The position numbers were made by a program, and so were the translations under genes. From assembly GCA_964436745.1 (NCBI GenBank), contig CAYTEC010000003.1:5879-69878 (forward strand): 64,000 bases of DNA, read 5' to 3'. This document shows, piece by piece, positions 17,423-26,797 of this stretch (position 1 is its first letter; each line of letters starts with the position of its first letter). Source of the stretch: an uncultured Dehalococcoidia bacterium (lineage in GTDB: Bacteria; Chloroflexota; Dehalococcoidia; Lucifugimonadales; UBA1127). The notes under the pieces were generated by a model. It did not search any database, was not told where the DNA came from, and saw only the letters and a program-made list of their open reading frames with translations.

Positions 17423-18156
17423 GACGCCCCCCTCCGGAGGAAGTAGAGGAAGGCGTCCTCCAGCGTCGCCGCGGGGTCGCCGGTCCCGGCCCGCAGATCG
17501 GCGGGAGAACCTTCGGCGATCACGCGCCCCGCCCGAATGAACGCCAGGAGGTCGCAGTGAGCGGCGTCGTCCATCGTGTGGCTGGAGAGCAGGATCGTGA
17601 CGCCCGATTCCGCCAGAGACCGAAAGTGGTCCCAGAAGGTGGCCCGCAACTCAGGGTCCAACCCCACCGTGGGCTCGTCCAGAAAGAGGACCCGCGGCCC
17701 GTGGACCAGCGCGCACGCCAGGCTCACCCGCTGGCGCATCCCACCGCTCAGCTTCAGCACCGGGTCGTCGCGGCGGTCCCACAGATCCACGAACCGAAGT
17801 ACCGACTCGATGGCGTCGCGCCTCTCTCGACGCCCGCTCATCCCGCTCATCCGAGCGAAGAAGTCCACGTTCTCCAGCGGGGAGAGCTCCAGGTAGAGGG
17901 CGCTGAGCTGAGGCATGTAGCCGATCCGGTCTCCCAGCCTGGGGGAAGGCCCTTCTCCCAGCACCGAGACGCGGCCGGAGTGCGGGCGGTTCAGTCCCAC
18001 CAGCAGGCGGATGATCGTGGTCTTCCCAGCGCCGTTGGCCCCTAGCAGCCCGAAGATGACGCCGCGAAACACGGACAGGGAGATCTCGTTCAGCACCGGG
18101 TGCTTGCCGTAGGCGAACGACACCCCGTCCATCTCCACGACACGTTGCGGGTCCAT
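17419..18156 (-). CDS. ABC transporter ATP-binding protein
   Basis: Walker A GANGAGKTT, signature LSGGMRQRV and Walker B VLFLDEPTVGLD are present. I chose the internal ATG at 18156 (MDPQRVVEMDGVSFAYG). The upstream 79 codons of the track ORF look non-coding. Confidence 0.85.
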   Translation of the reverse strand: MDPQRVVEMDGVSFAYGKHPVLNEISLSVFRGVIFGLLGANGAGKTTIIRLLVGLNRPHSGRVSVLGEGPSPRLGDRIGYMPQLSALYLELSPLENVDFFARMSGMSGRRERRDAIESVLRFVDLWDRRDDPVLKLSGGMRQRVSLACALVHGPRVLFLDEPTVGLDPELRATFWDHFRSLAESGVTILLSSHTMDDAAHCDLLAFIRAGRVIAEGSPADLRAGTGDPAATLEDAFLYFLRRGAS

Positions 18157-18397
18157 TCTTCTCCCTGGGCCTGGGCCGAGACCACGCGCGCAGATCGGCG
18201 TCGCGTCACCCCAAGCGCCCGGCGGCTCCACGAGAAACCGGCCCGTCCCTGGCGGCCCCGGCCGAGTCGCCGGAAGCGCCCGGTGGACCGCCGGCTGGAC
18301 GAGCCACCTAGCCGCTATCGTGAGCGAGCGGCATGGACCCGCCGTGCTCACGAGCTGCGAGCCTCGCCACCGGCGGACAGCCCACCCCTCCACGCAG

Positions 18398-18415
18398 TGG
18401 GGGCGAAGCCGCCCC
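18398..18415 (-). terminator. GC-rich hairpin just after the small ORF stop
   Basis: GGGGGCG-aagc-CGCCCCC (7-bp stem) begins 9 nt after the stop at 18424. No U-tract follows. Confidence 0.3.
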
Positions 18416-18423
18416 CGTGCCGT

Positions 18424-18630
18424 CTACGGGTCCTCTGGCACGCGCTGGACGCGCTCCAAGAGCCGGTCCACGGACTGCCCTAGGAGCAGCCGACCCAGCC
18501 GACGATGCCCTAGGTTGTAGTAGTGCTTCCCCCACCAGCGGCGCACGTCGTCCGCGGTCTCCAGGATCTTGATCTCTCCCGCGGCCACCTCAAGCTGTGC
18601 CTCGATTTCCGCGGGATCTCGTGATGGCAT
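18424..18630 (-). CDS. small hypothetical protein (68 aa), independent transcription unit
   Basis: It has its own extended -10 promoter, an SD GGGAGAGAG 7 nt before the ATG, and a hairpin after the stop. The sequence MPSRDPAEIEAQLEVAAGEIKILETADDVRRWWGKHYYNLGHRRL... has a protein-like composition. Confidence 0.5.
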   Translation of the reverse strand: MPSRDPAEIEAQLEVAAGEIKILETADDVRRWWGKHYYNLGHRRLGRLLLGQSVDRLLERVQRVPEDP

Positions 18631-18678
18631 CTACCTGCTCTCTCCCTATGAACTCACGCTCCATGCGCGGCACCGGAG

Positions 18679-18687
18679 ATTCTACCA
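18679..18687 (-). promoter_or_regulatory. extended -10 promoter element (TGgTAGAAT)
   Basis: The minus strand reads TGG-TAGAAT about 50 nt upstream of the ATG at 18630. No good -35 box is present. Confidence 0.35.
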
Positions 18688-18807
18688 CCTGGGGAATCCC
18701 CGCCGCCACGTCTGCCGCAACGATCTATCCCGCGGGAATTACTGGAATCGCGCCCACCCGTCCGCCCTGGGGCCTCGATACGGGGATTGTGGCAGCGGTT
18801 CCGCACG

Positions 18808-18844
18808 AGAGCGCCCGCCCCGACGGTGCGGGCGCAGGCGCTCT
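18808..18844 (-). terminator. long hairpin downstream of mdh
   Basis: AGAGCGCC...GGCGCTCT forms an 8-bp outer stem with an inner GC stem, 40 nt after the mdh stop. There is no clear U-tract. Confidence 0.35.
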
Positions 18845-18883
18845 GGCATGGCCACGGTGATGCAATCGTTGGGCGGCGGCGCG

Positions 18884-19822
18884 CTACGCGGACGCGCGGT
18901 TGCGCATGACCTCCACCAGCTCGCGGACGGCCTCCGCGGACGCCTGCAGGGCCGCCTGCTCGTCCGCCGTCAGCTTGACGGTGATCACTTCCTCGATCCC
19001 CTTCGCTCCCAGCTTCACTGGGACACCGACGCACAGGCCATCGATGCCGTACTCGCCGTCCAGCCGGACGCAGCAGGGCACGATCTGCTTCTTGTCGAGG
19101 AGAATCGCCTCCACCATCTGCGCAACGGCAGCGGACGGTGCGTAGTACGCGCTGCCCGTCTTGAGCAGGGCAACGATCTCGCCGCCCCCGCCGCGGGTCC
19201 GCTGGACGATGGTCTCGAGCCGGTCTGCCGGAATCAAGTCAGCGACGGGGATGCCCCCCACGTTGGTGGACCCCACCAGGGGCACCATCGTGTCGCCGTG
19301 GCCCCCCAGCACGTACGCATGCACGTCCTCAACGGCCACATTGATCTCCTCGGCGAGGAAGCTCCGGAACCGAGCGGTATCCAGGATGCCGGCCATGCCA
19401 AACACTCGCGTCCTCGGGAGGCCGGAGACCTCCAGGGCGTGTTGGGTCATCGCGTCCAGGGGGTTGGTCACGGTGATGATAATGCCGTCGGGGGAGTGCT
19501 TCACGACGTCCCCGATCACCGAGCCGACGATGTCCATGTTGGTGAAGAGCAGGTCGTCCCGGCTCATCCCCGGCTTCCGAGCGATGCCCGACGTGACGAC
19601 AACCACGTCGGAGCCTGCGGTGGCCGCGTAGTCGTTCGTGCCGATGATCGACGAGTCCGAGCCGGTGACCGGCCCCGACTCTAGAATGTCGAGGGCCTTG
19701 CCCTGCGGCAGCCCCTCGACGATGTCCACCAGCACAACGTCGGCATAGCCCCTGTCGAACACCCGCTGGGCAACGGTGGCGCCCACGTTGCCGGCGCCGA
19801 TGACGGTCACCTTCTGTCGCAT
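18884..19822 (-). CDS. mdh: malate dehydrogenase (LDH-like MDH)
   Basis: [41 protein letters not shown] and [10 protein letters not shown] are present. 312 aa. Confidence 0.95.
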   Translation of the reverse strand: MRQKVTVIGAGNVGATVAQRVFDRGYADVVLVDIVEGLPQGKALDILESGPVTGSDSSIIGTNDYAATAGSDVVVVTSGIARKPGMSRDDLLFTNMDIVGSVIGDVVKHSPDGIIITVTNPLDAMTQHALEVSGLPRTRVFGMAGILDTARFRSFLAEEINVAVEDVHAYVLGGHGDTMVPLVGSTNVGGIPVADLIPADRLETIVQRTRGGGGEIVALLKTGSAYYAPSAAVAQMVEAILLDKKQIVPCCVRLDGEYGIDGLCVGVPVKLGAKGIEEVITVKLTADEQAALQASAEAVRELVEVMRNRASA

Positions 19823-19967
19823 AGCTCCGCACCTCCTTCGTGGTGGTCAGTCCCGACCGAACAGACGCTTGCGACCCCACCCCCTCGCGCGAGCGGCGGG
19901 GCCGATGGGCCTACGAGCCGCGGAGCGCGAGCGCTCGTGCGGCGGCTCTGAGGCTGGCCGTGGACCG

Positions 19968-21170
19968 CTAAGACTCTTTGACGTACGCGTCCCAGCGGGC
20001 CTCCACGGCCGGGTCCTCAACGGTCGCCATCAGGTAGTCGCCAAACTCCTTGCCCGTGGCGCCCGTGTCCCGGCCCGTCATGACGATCTTCCGCTCGTAC
20101 TGGCCGCAGATGTCCAACGCGCAGTGCAACTTGTGGCCCAGCCCCTCAAACCCTATGTGCTCCAAGAGCATGGCCCCGGCCCGCAGCATGGAGGATGGGT
20201 CCGCGAACTGTGCCCGCCCGGTCTCGACCATCCGCGGCGCGCTGCCGTGGATCGCCTCGAACATGGCGAAACGCTTACCCAGGTTGGCGCTCCCGGCGGT
20301 CCCGACGCCGCCTTGTATCTGCCCCGCCTCGTCCGTGAGGATGTCGCCGTAGAGATTGGGAAGCGCCAGCACCTGGAACTCGGCGCGGCGCGCCGGGTCA
20401 AGCAGCTTGGCCGTCATGATATCGATGTACCAGGAGTCCATCTCGATCCCCGGGTACTTGGCGGCAATCTCCTTGGCGATGTTCAGGAACTTCCCGTCCG
20501 TGGTCTTGACGACGTTCGCCTTCGTCACGGCGGTCACCTTGGTCTTGCCGGTGCGCTTGGCGTAGTCGAACGCGGCCTCGATGATCCGCTCGGAGCCCTG
20601 GGTGGTGATGACCCGGAAGTCGATGGCCAGGTCCGGGGTTACGTTGACCCCCTGACTGCCGACGGCGTACAGGTCCTCGGTGTTCTCTCGGAAGAACGTC
20701 CAGTCGATGCCGTCGCGCGGGATGCGGACCGGGCGGACGTTGGCGAAGAGGTCCAGCTCCTTGCGCATCGCCACGTTGGCGCTCTCGATGTTGGGCCAGC
20801 CGTCGCCCTGCTCGGGCGTGTGCGTGGGGCCCTTGAGAGTGACGTGGCACTTGCGAATCTCGGCCAGCACGTCGTCTGGTATCGCCTTGAGCTGCTTGGC
20901 CCGGTTCTCGATGGTCAGCCCCTCCAGGATGCGGAACTCAACTCCGCCGTCCCGCACCGGGTCCCGCAGGAGATACTCCAGGACGCGTTGCGCCTCGGCG
21001 GCGATGAAGGGCCCGATGCCATCGCCCCCCAAGATGCCGATGATGATGGGCTTGATCGTCGAGAAGTCCAGCCACGGCTCGCTGGTCTTCATGCGCTCGA
21101 CGCGCTCGAGTTGCTGGGCCAGTACCGTTCCGAAGTGTTCCTGCGCGTCCCCAATGGCTTGCTGCACCAT
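19968..21170 (-). CDS. isocitrate/isopropylmalate dehydrogenase family protein; position next to mdh suggests isocitrate dehydrogenase
   Basis: IIIGILGGDGIGP, RKELDLFANVRPVR, FRENTEDLY, NLYGDILTDEAGQIQGGVGTAGSANLG and EAIHGSAP are present. 400 aa including a 35-40 aa N-terminal extension. Confidence 0.75.
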   Translation of the reverse strand: MVQQAIGDAQEHFGTVLAQQLERVERMKTSEPWLDFSTIKPIIIGILGGDGIGPFIAAEAQRVLEYLLRDPVRDGGVEFRILEGLTIENRAKQLKAIPDDVLAEIRKCHVTLKGPTHTPEQGDGWPNIESANVAMRKELDLFANVRPVRIPRDGIDWTFFRENTEDLYAVGSQGVNVTPDLAIDFRVITTQGSERIIEAAFDYAKRTGKTKVTAVTKANVVKTTDGKFLNIAKEIAAKYPGIEMDSWYIDIMTAKLLDPARRAEFQVLALPNLYGDILTDEAGQIQGGVGTAGSANLGKRFAMFEAIHGSAPRMVETGRAQFADPSSMLRAGAMLLEHIGFEGLGHKLHCALDICGQYERKIVMTGRDTGATGKEFGDYLMATVEDPAVEARWDAYVKES

Positions 21171-21258
21171 GCTCCCCCTCTCCTCCGTGCCGGTGCGCGC
21201 TCCCGGGCGCTCCCGGAACGACGTTTCCCGACAATTCTCGCGTGTGTCAGCGGCCCGC

Positions 21259-23124
21259 CTACGCCGCGCCGATTACCACCAGGGCCTCGCCACGGGCCAC
21301 CCGATCTCCCGCCTTGAACGGGAGCTTCTTGACCACCCCGTCGGCGGGGCTGGGCAGAGCGTTCTCCATCTTCATGGCTTCCAGGACCACAACCGTCTCA
21401 CCGGCCTTGACCGCCTGGCCGACCTCCACCGTGTAACGCATAACCAGGCCCGGCATCGGCGCCGTAACCGCCGCCTCGCCCTCTGCCAATGCCGCTGCGC
21501 CGGGCTGCGCTGCAGCCGCGGGAGCGGCCGCCCCAGGTTGTGGTCGCACGCCCGAGGGAGCGACTCCCACGGCCGGCCCGGGCGCGGCGCCCCCGCTCTG
21601 CGGGTCCACCGTCACCTGGAAGTAGCGGCCGGAAACCGTCACGTTGAAATTGCGGGCACGGCCAGAAAGCGGAGGGGCGTCCGTGGGAGGTGGGGCGGCC
21701 GCGACCGGTGGGGCCGTCACCTCGGGCGCCTTTTCCAGGCCGTGCTTGACGCGGAGGAATTTCTCTCCCGTGACCGGGTAGAGCGCGTAGATCAGAACGT
21801 CACCAATGTCCTTGGCCAGGCCCTTCGTCGCCTCCTCCGCCTGCTTCATCTCCGGCTTGAGCGAGTCGGCGGCGCGCCCCGTGATCGGCGTGGTTCCGCC
21901 CTCGTAGCCCTCCAGGGCTCTCTTGGACACCTCCGGCGACACTTCCAGCGGGGGGGTCCCATAGAGGCCGTAGCAATAGTCCCTTACCTGGGAGCTGATG
22001 ACGTTCCATCGGCCAAAGAGGACGTTATTCACCGCCTGGACACCGACGATCTGGCTGGTCGGCGTGACCAGCGGCGGATACCCCAGCTCCTGCCGGGTCA
22101 GAGGTAGCTCCTCCAACACCTCCGGCAGGCGATCCAGCGCTTCCGCCTCACGCAGCTGGGACATGAGGTTGCTTATCATGCCTCCGGGGACCTGGTGGCT
22201 CAGCACCTGCGTATCTACGACGGCCAACCGACTGTCCGTCATGTATCCACGCAGGTACGGGGCCAGAGTTTCGAAATACTCGCCCAGGTGCGCCAGCTGC
22301 GCCAGATCCAGGCCCGTGTCCCGGGGGGTGCCCCGCATCGTGACCACCAGCGGCTCCACGGCCGGCTGGGAGGTGCGCAGCGCGAGCGGGGATAGGCATG
22401 CGTCCACCACATCCAGGCCCGCTTCGGCCGCCTTGAGCGCGGTCATGGACGCCAGGCCGCTGGTGTAGTGGTTGTGGAGCTGGATGGGGACCTTGATCTG
22501 CTTCTTGAGGGCGGAGACCAGAGTGAACGCGTCGTATGGGGACAGCAGCCCTGCCATGTCCTTGATGCAGATGCTGTCCGCTCCCATCGCTTCCATGGCC
22601 CGGGCCTTGGCGAGGAAATAGTCGAGCGTGAAGACCTTTCCCCCAAGGTGTCCTTCTTCCGTCACGGAGTAGCAGATACAAAGCTGGGCGTGCTTGCCGG
22701 CGGCCCTCACGGCCTTCGTCGCGGTCTCCAGGTTCCGCTCGTCGTTGAGAGCGTCGAAGATGCGGAAGACATCGATGCCTGTCTCGGCAGAGTGGGCCAC
22801 AAACGCGTTGACCACATCGTCGGCGTAGTTGCGATAGCCCACCAAGTTCTGGCCTCGGAGGAGCATCTGCAGGGGGGTATTGGGGACGAGCTTCTTCAGG
22901 ATGCGGACGCGCTCCCAGGGGTCCTCGAAGAGGAACCGGGTCGCCACGTCGAAGGTGGCGCCGCCCCACACTTCCATCGAGTGGAAGCCTACCTTCGCCA
23001 TGGCCTCGACGATAGGCTCCATATCCTGGGTGCGCATGCGGGTAGCGGCCAAGCTCTGATGGGCGTCCCGAAGGGTGGTATCGGTGATCCTGAGGGGCTT
23101 GGCGTCCGTGTTCTGCTGACTCAC
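21259..23124 (-). CDS. carboxyltransferase 5S-type subunit fused to a C-terminal biotinyl (BCCP) domain (OadA/PycB/transcarboxylase 5S+1.3S-like)
   Basis: The N-terminus LRITDTTLRDAHQSL...MEVWGGATFD is the pyruvate carboxyltransferase domain. A Pro/Ala linker follows, and the C-terminus VVVLEAMKMENALPSP is the biotin-attachment motif. I chose the GTG at 23124, which has GGAGG 6 nt upstream and overlaps the preceding stop (GTGA). Confidence 0.85.
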   Translation of the reverse strand: MSQQNTDAKPLRITDTTLRDAHQSLAATRMRTQDMEPIVEAMAKVGFHSMEVWGGATFDVATRFLFEDPWERVRILKKLVPNTPLQMLLRGQNLVGYRNYADDVVNAFVAHSAETGIDVFRIFDALNDERNLETATKAVRAAGKHAQLCICYSVTEEGHLGGKVFTLDYFLAKARAMEAMGADSICIKDMAGLLSPYDAFTLVSALKKQIKVPIQLHNHYTSGLASMTALKAAEAGLDVVDACLSPLALRTSQPAVEPLVVTMRGTPRDTGLDLAQLAHLGEYFETLAPYLRGYMTDSRLAVVDTQVLSHQVPGGMISNLMSQLREAEALDRLPEVLEELPLTRQELGYPPLVTPTSQIVGVQAVNNVLFGRWNVISSQVRDYCYGLYGTPPLEVSPEVSKRALEGYEGGTTPITGRAADSLKPEMKQAEEATKGLAKDIGDVLIYALYPVTGEKFLRVKHGLEKAPEVTAPPVAAAPPPTDAPPLSGRARNFNVTVSGRYFQVTVDPQSGGAAPGPAVGVAPSGVRPQPGAAAPAAAAQPGAAALAEGEAAVTAPMPGLVMRYTVEVGQAVKAGETVVVLEAMKMENALPSPADGVVKKLPFKAGDRVARGEALVVIGAA

Positions 23125-23330
23125 GGGATCCCTCCGTTGTGAGGATTGGCCCCAGCGAAGCCGCGCCATCGGGTCGGCTGTCGCAGCGGGGCACCGGCAG
23201 CGTCCCGCCACCGCCCTTGGGCTGGCGCCCGTCGCGCGGCATCTTCCTCCGCCAGGAACCGGCCGATGGCCGCGAGGGCAGCCGCAATCAACTCGTCGTC
23301 CGCCTCGAGCACACGCGACTCATCGGTCAT
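23121..23330 (-). CDS. small protein (69 aa) between the 12S and 5S genes; possible accessory subunit
   Basis: MTDESRVLEADDELIAAALAAIGRFLAEEDAARR... resembles the E-L-x-AA-hydrophobic segments of small subunits of biotin decarboxylase/carboxylase complexes. Its stop overlaps the downstream GTG start. Confidence 0.45.
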   Translation of the reverse strand: MTDESRVLEADDELIAAALAAIGRFLAEEDAARRAPAQGRWRDAAGAPLRQPTRWRGFAGANPHNGGIP

Positions 23331-23390
23331 CCGGTCGCTCCTTCGGTTCTTCCGGGGCTCCGGCGCATCGGTCGCCGGTCGGTTCGACCG

Positions 23391-24953
23391 TTAGAGCGGG
23401 ATGTTTCCGTGCTTCTTCGGCGGGAGGGAGTCGCGCTTGTCGCGGAGCATATCAAGGGCTTGGATCACACGGATGCGGGTGTCCGCCGGGTCGATGACGT
23501 CGTCCAAGAAGCCCCGACTAGCCGAGACGTACGGGTTCGCAAGCGTATCGGTGTATTCCTTGATCAGCCTCGCCCGCTCGGCATTCGAGTCCTCGGCGTT
23601 CTGGATGGCCTGACGATGGATGATGTTGACCGCGCCCTCGGGTCCCATGACGGCCACCTCGCCGGTGGGCCAGGCGTAGTTGATGTCGCCACGCAGGTGC
23701 TTGCTGCTCATCACAATGTACGCGCCACCGTAGGCCTTGCGCGTGAGGACGGAAACCTTGGGAACCGTGGCCTCTGCGTAGGCAAAGATGAGCTTGGCGC
23801 CGTGGCGAATGATCCCGCCGTACTCCTGCTGAGTGCCGGGCATGAAGCCGGGCACGTCAATCAGCGTAACCAGGGGAATGTTGAAGCAGTCGCAGAAGCG
23901 GACGAACCGGGCGGCCTTGACCGAGGCGTCGATGTCCAGGGACCCGGCCATGTACGTGGGCTGCTGTGCCACCACACCCACGGTCTGCCCGGCCATGCGC
24001 CCCAGCCCCACGATGATGTTGGGGGCGAAGTGCTCGTGGACCTCCATGAAGTCACCGCCATCCACGATGCTGCTGATGATGGTCTTCATGTCATAGGCTT
24101 GGGTGCTCAACTCTGGAATGGCGGTCCGAAGCTCCTCCACGACCCGGTCTGGGGAGTCGCCGCTATCGACTATCGGCGCGTCCTGGGTGTTGTTGGAGGG
24201 CAAGAAGTCCAGCATGCGGCGCACCTGGGCGATGCACTCCTCGTCATTGGCGTGCATGAAGTGGGCGACTCCGCTGCGGGAGTTGTGGGCCACCGCTCCA
24301 CCAAGTTGCTCGGCGGTCACCTCTTCCCCGGTAACGGAGCGGATGACGTCCGGGCCGGTGATGAACATCTGCCCCGTGCCCTCCACCATGAAGATGAAGT
24401 CGGTGAGGGCCGGCGAGTAGGACGCTCCTCCGGCGCACGGTCCCATGATCACGGAGAGCTGGGGGATAACACCGGAGGCAAGGGAGTTGCGGAGGAAGAT
24501 GTCGCCGTAGCCCGCCAGGCTCGCGACGCCTTCCTGGATGCGCGCTCCGCCGGAGTCCTGTATGCCCACAACCGGCGCGCCGACTTTTACCGCCAGGTCC
24601 ATTACCTTGCAGATCTTCTCGGCGACAACCTCTGACAACGTGCCGCCGATGATGGTAAAGTCCTGGGCGTAGACAAACACCTGCCGCCCGCTGACCTTCC
24701 CCGCGCCGGTGACAACGGCATCCCCGAGCGTGATCTGGTCCGCGAGTCCGAATTCGGTGGCTCGGTGGGTCACGAACGGGTCGATCTCCTGGAATGTGCC
24801 TTCGTCCATCAGCAGAGCAATGCGCTCGCGGGCGGTAAGCTTGCCGCGCTCGTGCTGCTGAGTGATGCGCCTCTCCCCGCCACCCTGCCGGCTCTTCTCC
24901 CGCATCTCCTCAAGCTGCTGCAGCTTCGATGCGCTCTCAGGCTGCGCCACCAT
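23391..24953 (-). CDS. acyl-CoA carboxyltransferase, 12S / propionyl-CoA carboxylase beta-type subunit
   Basis: GKLTARERIALLMDEGTFQEIDPF, AQDFTIIGGTLSE, GARIQEG and FNIPLVTLIDVPGFMPG are present. The ATG at 24953 follows an AAGGTGG SD. Confidence 0.9.
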   Translation of the reverse strand: MVAQPESASKLQQLEEMREKSRQGGGERRITQQHERGKLTARERIALLMDEGTFQEIDPFVTHRATEFGLADQITLGDAVVTGAGKVSGRQVFVYAQDFTIIGGTLSEVVAEKICKVMDLAVKVGAPVVGIQDSGGARIQEGVASLAGYGDIFLRNSLASGVIPQLSVIMGPCAGGASYSPALTDFIFMVEGTGQMFITGPDVIRSVTGEEVTAEQLGGAVAHNSRSGVAHFMHANDEECIAQVRRMLDFLPSNNTQDAPIVDSGDSPDRVVEELRTAIPELSTQAYDMKTIISSIVDGGDFMEVHEHFAPNIIVGLGRMAGQTVGVVAQQPTYMAGSLDIDASVKAARFVRFCDCFNIPLVTLIDVPGFMPGTQQEYGGIIRHGAKLIFAYAEATVPKVSVLTRKAYGGAYIVMSSKHLRGDINYAWPTGEVAVMGPEGAVNIIHRQAIQNAEDSNAERARLIKEYTDTLANPYVSASRGFLDDVIDPADTRIRVIQALDMLRDKRDSLPPKKHGNIPL

Positions 24954-25094
24954 CGACACACCACCTTTCGAACCTATTGTGACACAAGGCACTTTTCACC
25001 GATCATGCTAGCACGATGGCATGTGGCTTGCAAGGCGAGCCGACGCCTCCTCGACGACTCGGTGGAGGCCGCTCCTGCGTGCCAGCCGGGCAAT

Positions 25095-25144
25095 TACAGA
25101 CCGCGCCCTGCGCCTAGACAACGCCAGTCCGCGGTCTGTAGAAT
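25095..25144 (+). promoter_or_regulatory. putative xerD promoter embedded in an 11-bp perfect inverted repeat
   Basis: TAGACA (25115-25120), an 18-nt spacer, then TAGAAT (25139-25144). TACAGACCGCG (25095-25105) and CGCGGTCTGTA (25130-25140) are perfect reverse complements that bracket the -35 box and overlap the -10 box. Confidence 0.4.
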
Positions 25145-25228
25145 GTGACCACGCTACTACACACAATCCAGCTTCGGGACCGCCCCCAAGAGCGGCCCGG
25201 ATCAACCGAAGCGCGGCGCGAGGTCGAG

Positions 25229-26128
25229 ATGAAGGAGCAGGTCGACGCCTTCCTCAGCCACCTGGCTGTGGAGCGGGGTTTCTCCGGAAACACCATCATG
25301 GCGTATCGCAACGACCTGTATGGCCTGATAGACTTCCTGAACGGCGACGGCGGGGTCCGGGGTTGGACCGACGTGAGCACAGACACGCTGTCGCAGTTCG
25401 TCCTCCATCTCCAGGACCGAGGCTACTCGCCCACGACCCGGGCGCGGAAGACCGCCGCCGTCAAGTCGTTCTTCACGTTTCTTGTCGGCGAAGGGGACGT
25501 TACCCAGAGCCCCGCCCAGGAGATCACCTCGCCCAAGGTGGGTCGGAGCCTGCCGAAGACCCTTACGGAAACGGAGGTCGAGCGGCTGCTCGACGCGCCG
25601 CGACGACTCAAGACGCCCGAGGCGCACAGGGACGCGGCGATGCTGGAGTTGCTCTACGCTACCGGAATGCGGGTCAGCGAGCTCATGGGGCTCGACGTGA
25701 CCGACGCCAACCTCCCCGCCGGCCACGTGAGGTGTCGAGGTAAGGGTGGCCGGGAGCGGCTCATTCCGATGCACCCGGGAGCGGTGGCGGCCCTGGAGGA
25801 ATACCTGGACGTCGCGAGGTCGGACCTGCTCTCGCCCGATTCCCGAGAGCAGGCTCTCTTCTTGAACCGGCGCGGAGACCGGCTCACGCGACAGGGGTTC
25901 TGGCTCATCCTCAAGCAGTACGCCGGGCAGGTGGGGATCAAGCCCACCGTCACACCCCACGTCCTGCGGCACAGCTTCGCAACCCATATGCTGCGCGGAG
26001 GGGCCTCGCTGCGGCAGGTCCAAGAGTTCCTGGGACACGCCAGCATTGCCAGCACCCAGGTGTACACCCACCTGACCACCGAGCACCTACAGGAGGAGTA
26101 CCAGCGCGCCCACCCGCGAGGCCGGTAG
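25229..26128 (+). CDS. xerD: site-specific tyrosine recombinase XerD
   Basis: FLSHLAVERGFSGNTIMAYRNDL, MLELLYATGMRVSELMGL, LTRQGFWLILKQYA, HVLRHSFATHML and LGHASIASTQVYTH are present. I chose the internal ATG at 25229. Confidence 0.9.
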   Translation: MKEQVDAFLSHLAVERGFSGNTIMAYRNDLYGLIDFLNGDGGVRGWTDVSTDTLSQFVLHLQDRGYSPTTRARKTAAVKSFFTFLVGEGDVTQSPAQEITSPKVGRSLPKTLTETEVERLLDAPRRLKTPEAHRDAAMLELLYATGMRVSELMGLDVTDANLPAGHVRCRGKGGRERLIPMHPGAVAALEEYLDVARSDLLSPDSREQALFLNRRGDRLTRQGFWLILKQYAGQVGIKPTVTPHVLRHSFATHMLRGGASLRQVQEFLGHASIASTQVYTHLTTEHLQEEYQRAHPRGR

Positions 26129-26251
26129 GCCCGGCGGGGACCGCTAAGCCGTCTATTCGAAGCCCAGCGTCGCTGACCGAGCCGCGACCAGATCCGCCCC
26201 GACGACCCGAGTGGCCGTCGGGGACCCAGTACCGACATGGAGGTGCGAACG

Positions 26252-26566
26252 ATGCCACAGAACTCCCGGCGAACGCCACCTCAGCGACAGCCCAGCAAGA
26301 AGCGGCGCGAGCAGCCACAGCCGCAGCGCCGCACAGCCCCGCTACGCCCGAACGAGGCGGCGGCTGCTCGCGCCGAGACGCAAGCGGAGACCCTGGGACC
26401 CCTGACATCAGCCGCGAGGCCCTCAGCGTCCGTGACGAGTGGCCGGACAGGGGGAGGCTATGGGGCCGTCCGCGATCCCCTGCTCACCAAGGAGCTCCAG
26501 CGGATCGGCATCCTGGCCATGGCGGTGGCGGTTGCAATGACGGTCCTGACGGTCCTACTCCGCTAG
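26252..26566 (+). CDS. hypothetical tail-anchored membrane protein
   Basis: GGAGG lies 7 nt before the ATG at 26252. The N-terminal half is basic and low-complexity, and a single C-terminal TM follows (IGILAMAVAVAMTVLTVLL). Confidence 0.45.
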   Translation: MPQNSRRTPPQRQPSKKRREQPQPQRRTAPLRPNEAAAARAETQAETLGPLTSAARPSASVTSGRTGGGYGAVRDPLLTKELQRIGILAMAVAVAMTVLTVLLR

Positions 26567-26797
26567 CTGCTCCGCATCGGCTCCGCGGCCCGCGCCCGCA
26601 GGCCGTGGAGCGGGCGACTTGGGGGCTCGTGGGGCCGATCCAGCCACCGCTTGCCCGCCTCCGGGCGCCAGGTCTCGCCGTCTCCAGCCCGCCGCACGAC
26701 CTGAGGCCTGTTGCCCCTCCATCGCCGAAGTCGGCTAGGATGGAACGAGCCTGGACGGACCAACCGCCGCGATGGCCCACGCGACAAGGGTGTTGGA

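Noticed and set aside
25229-26128. The tyrosine recombinase as an integrase marking a prophage or genomic island.
   Set aside because: The sequence matches XerD block for block. G+C is normal. The flanking genes are housekeeping, and no att-like direct repeats or phage genes are nearby.
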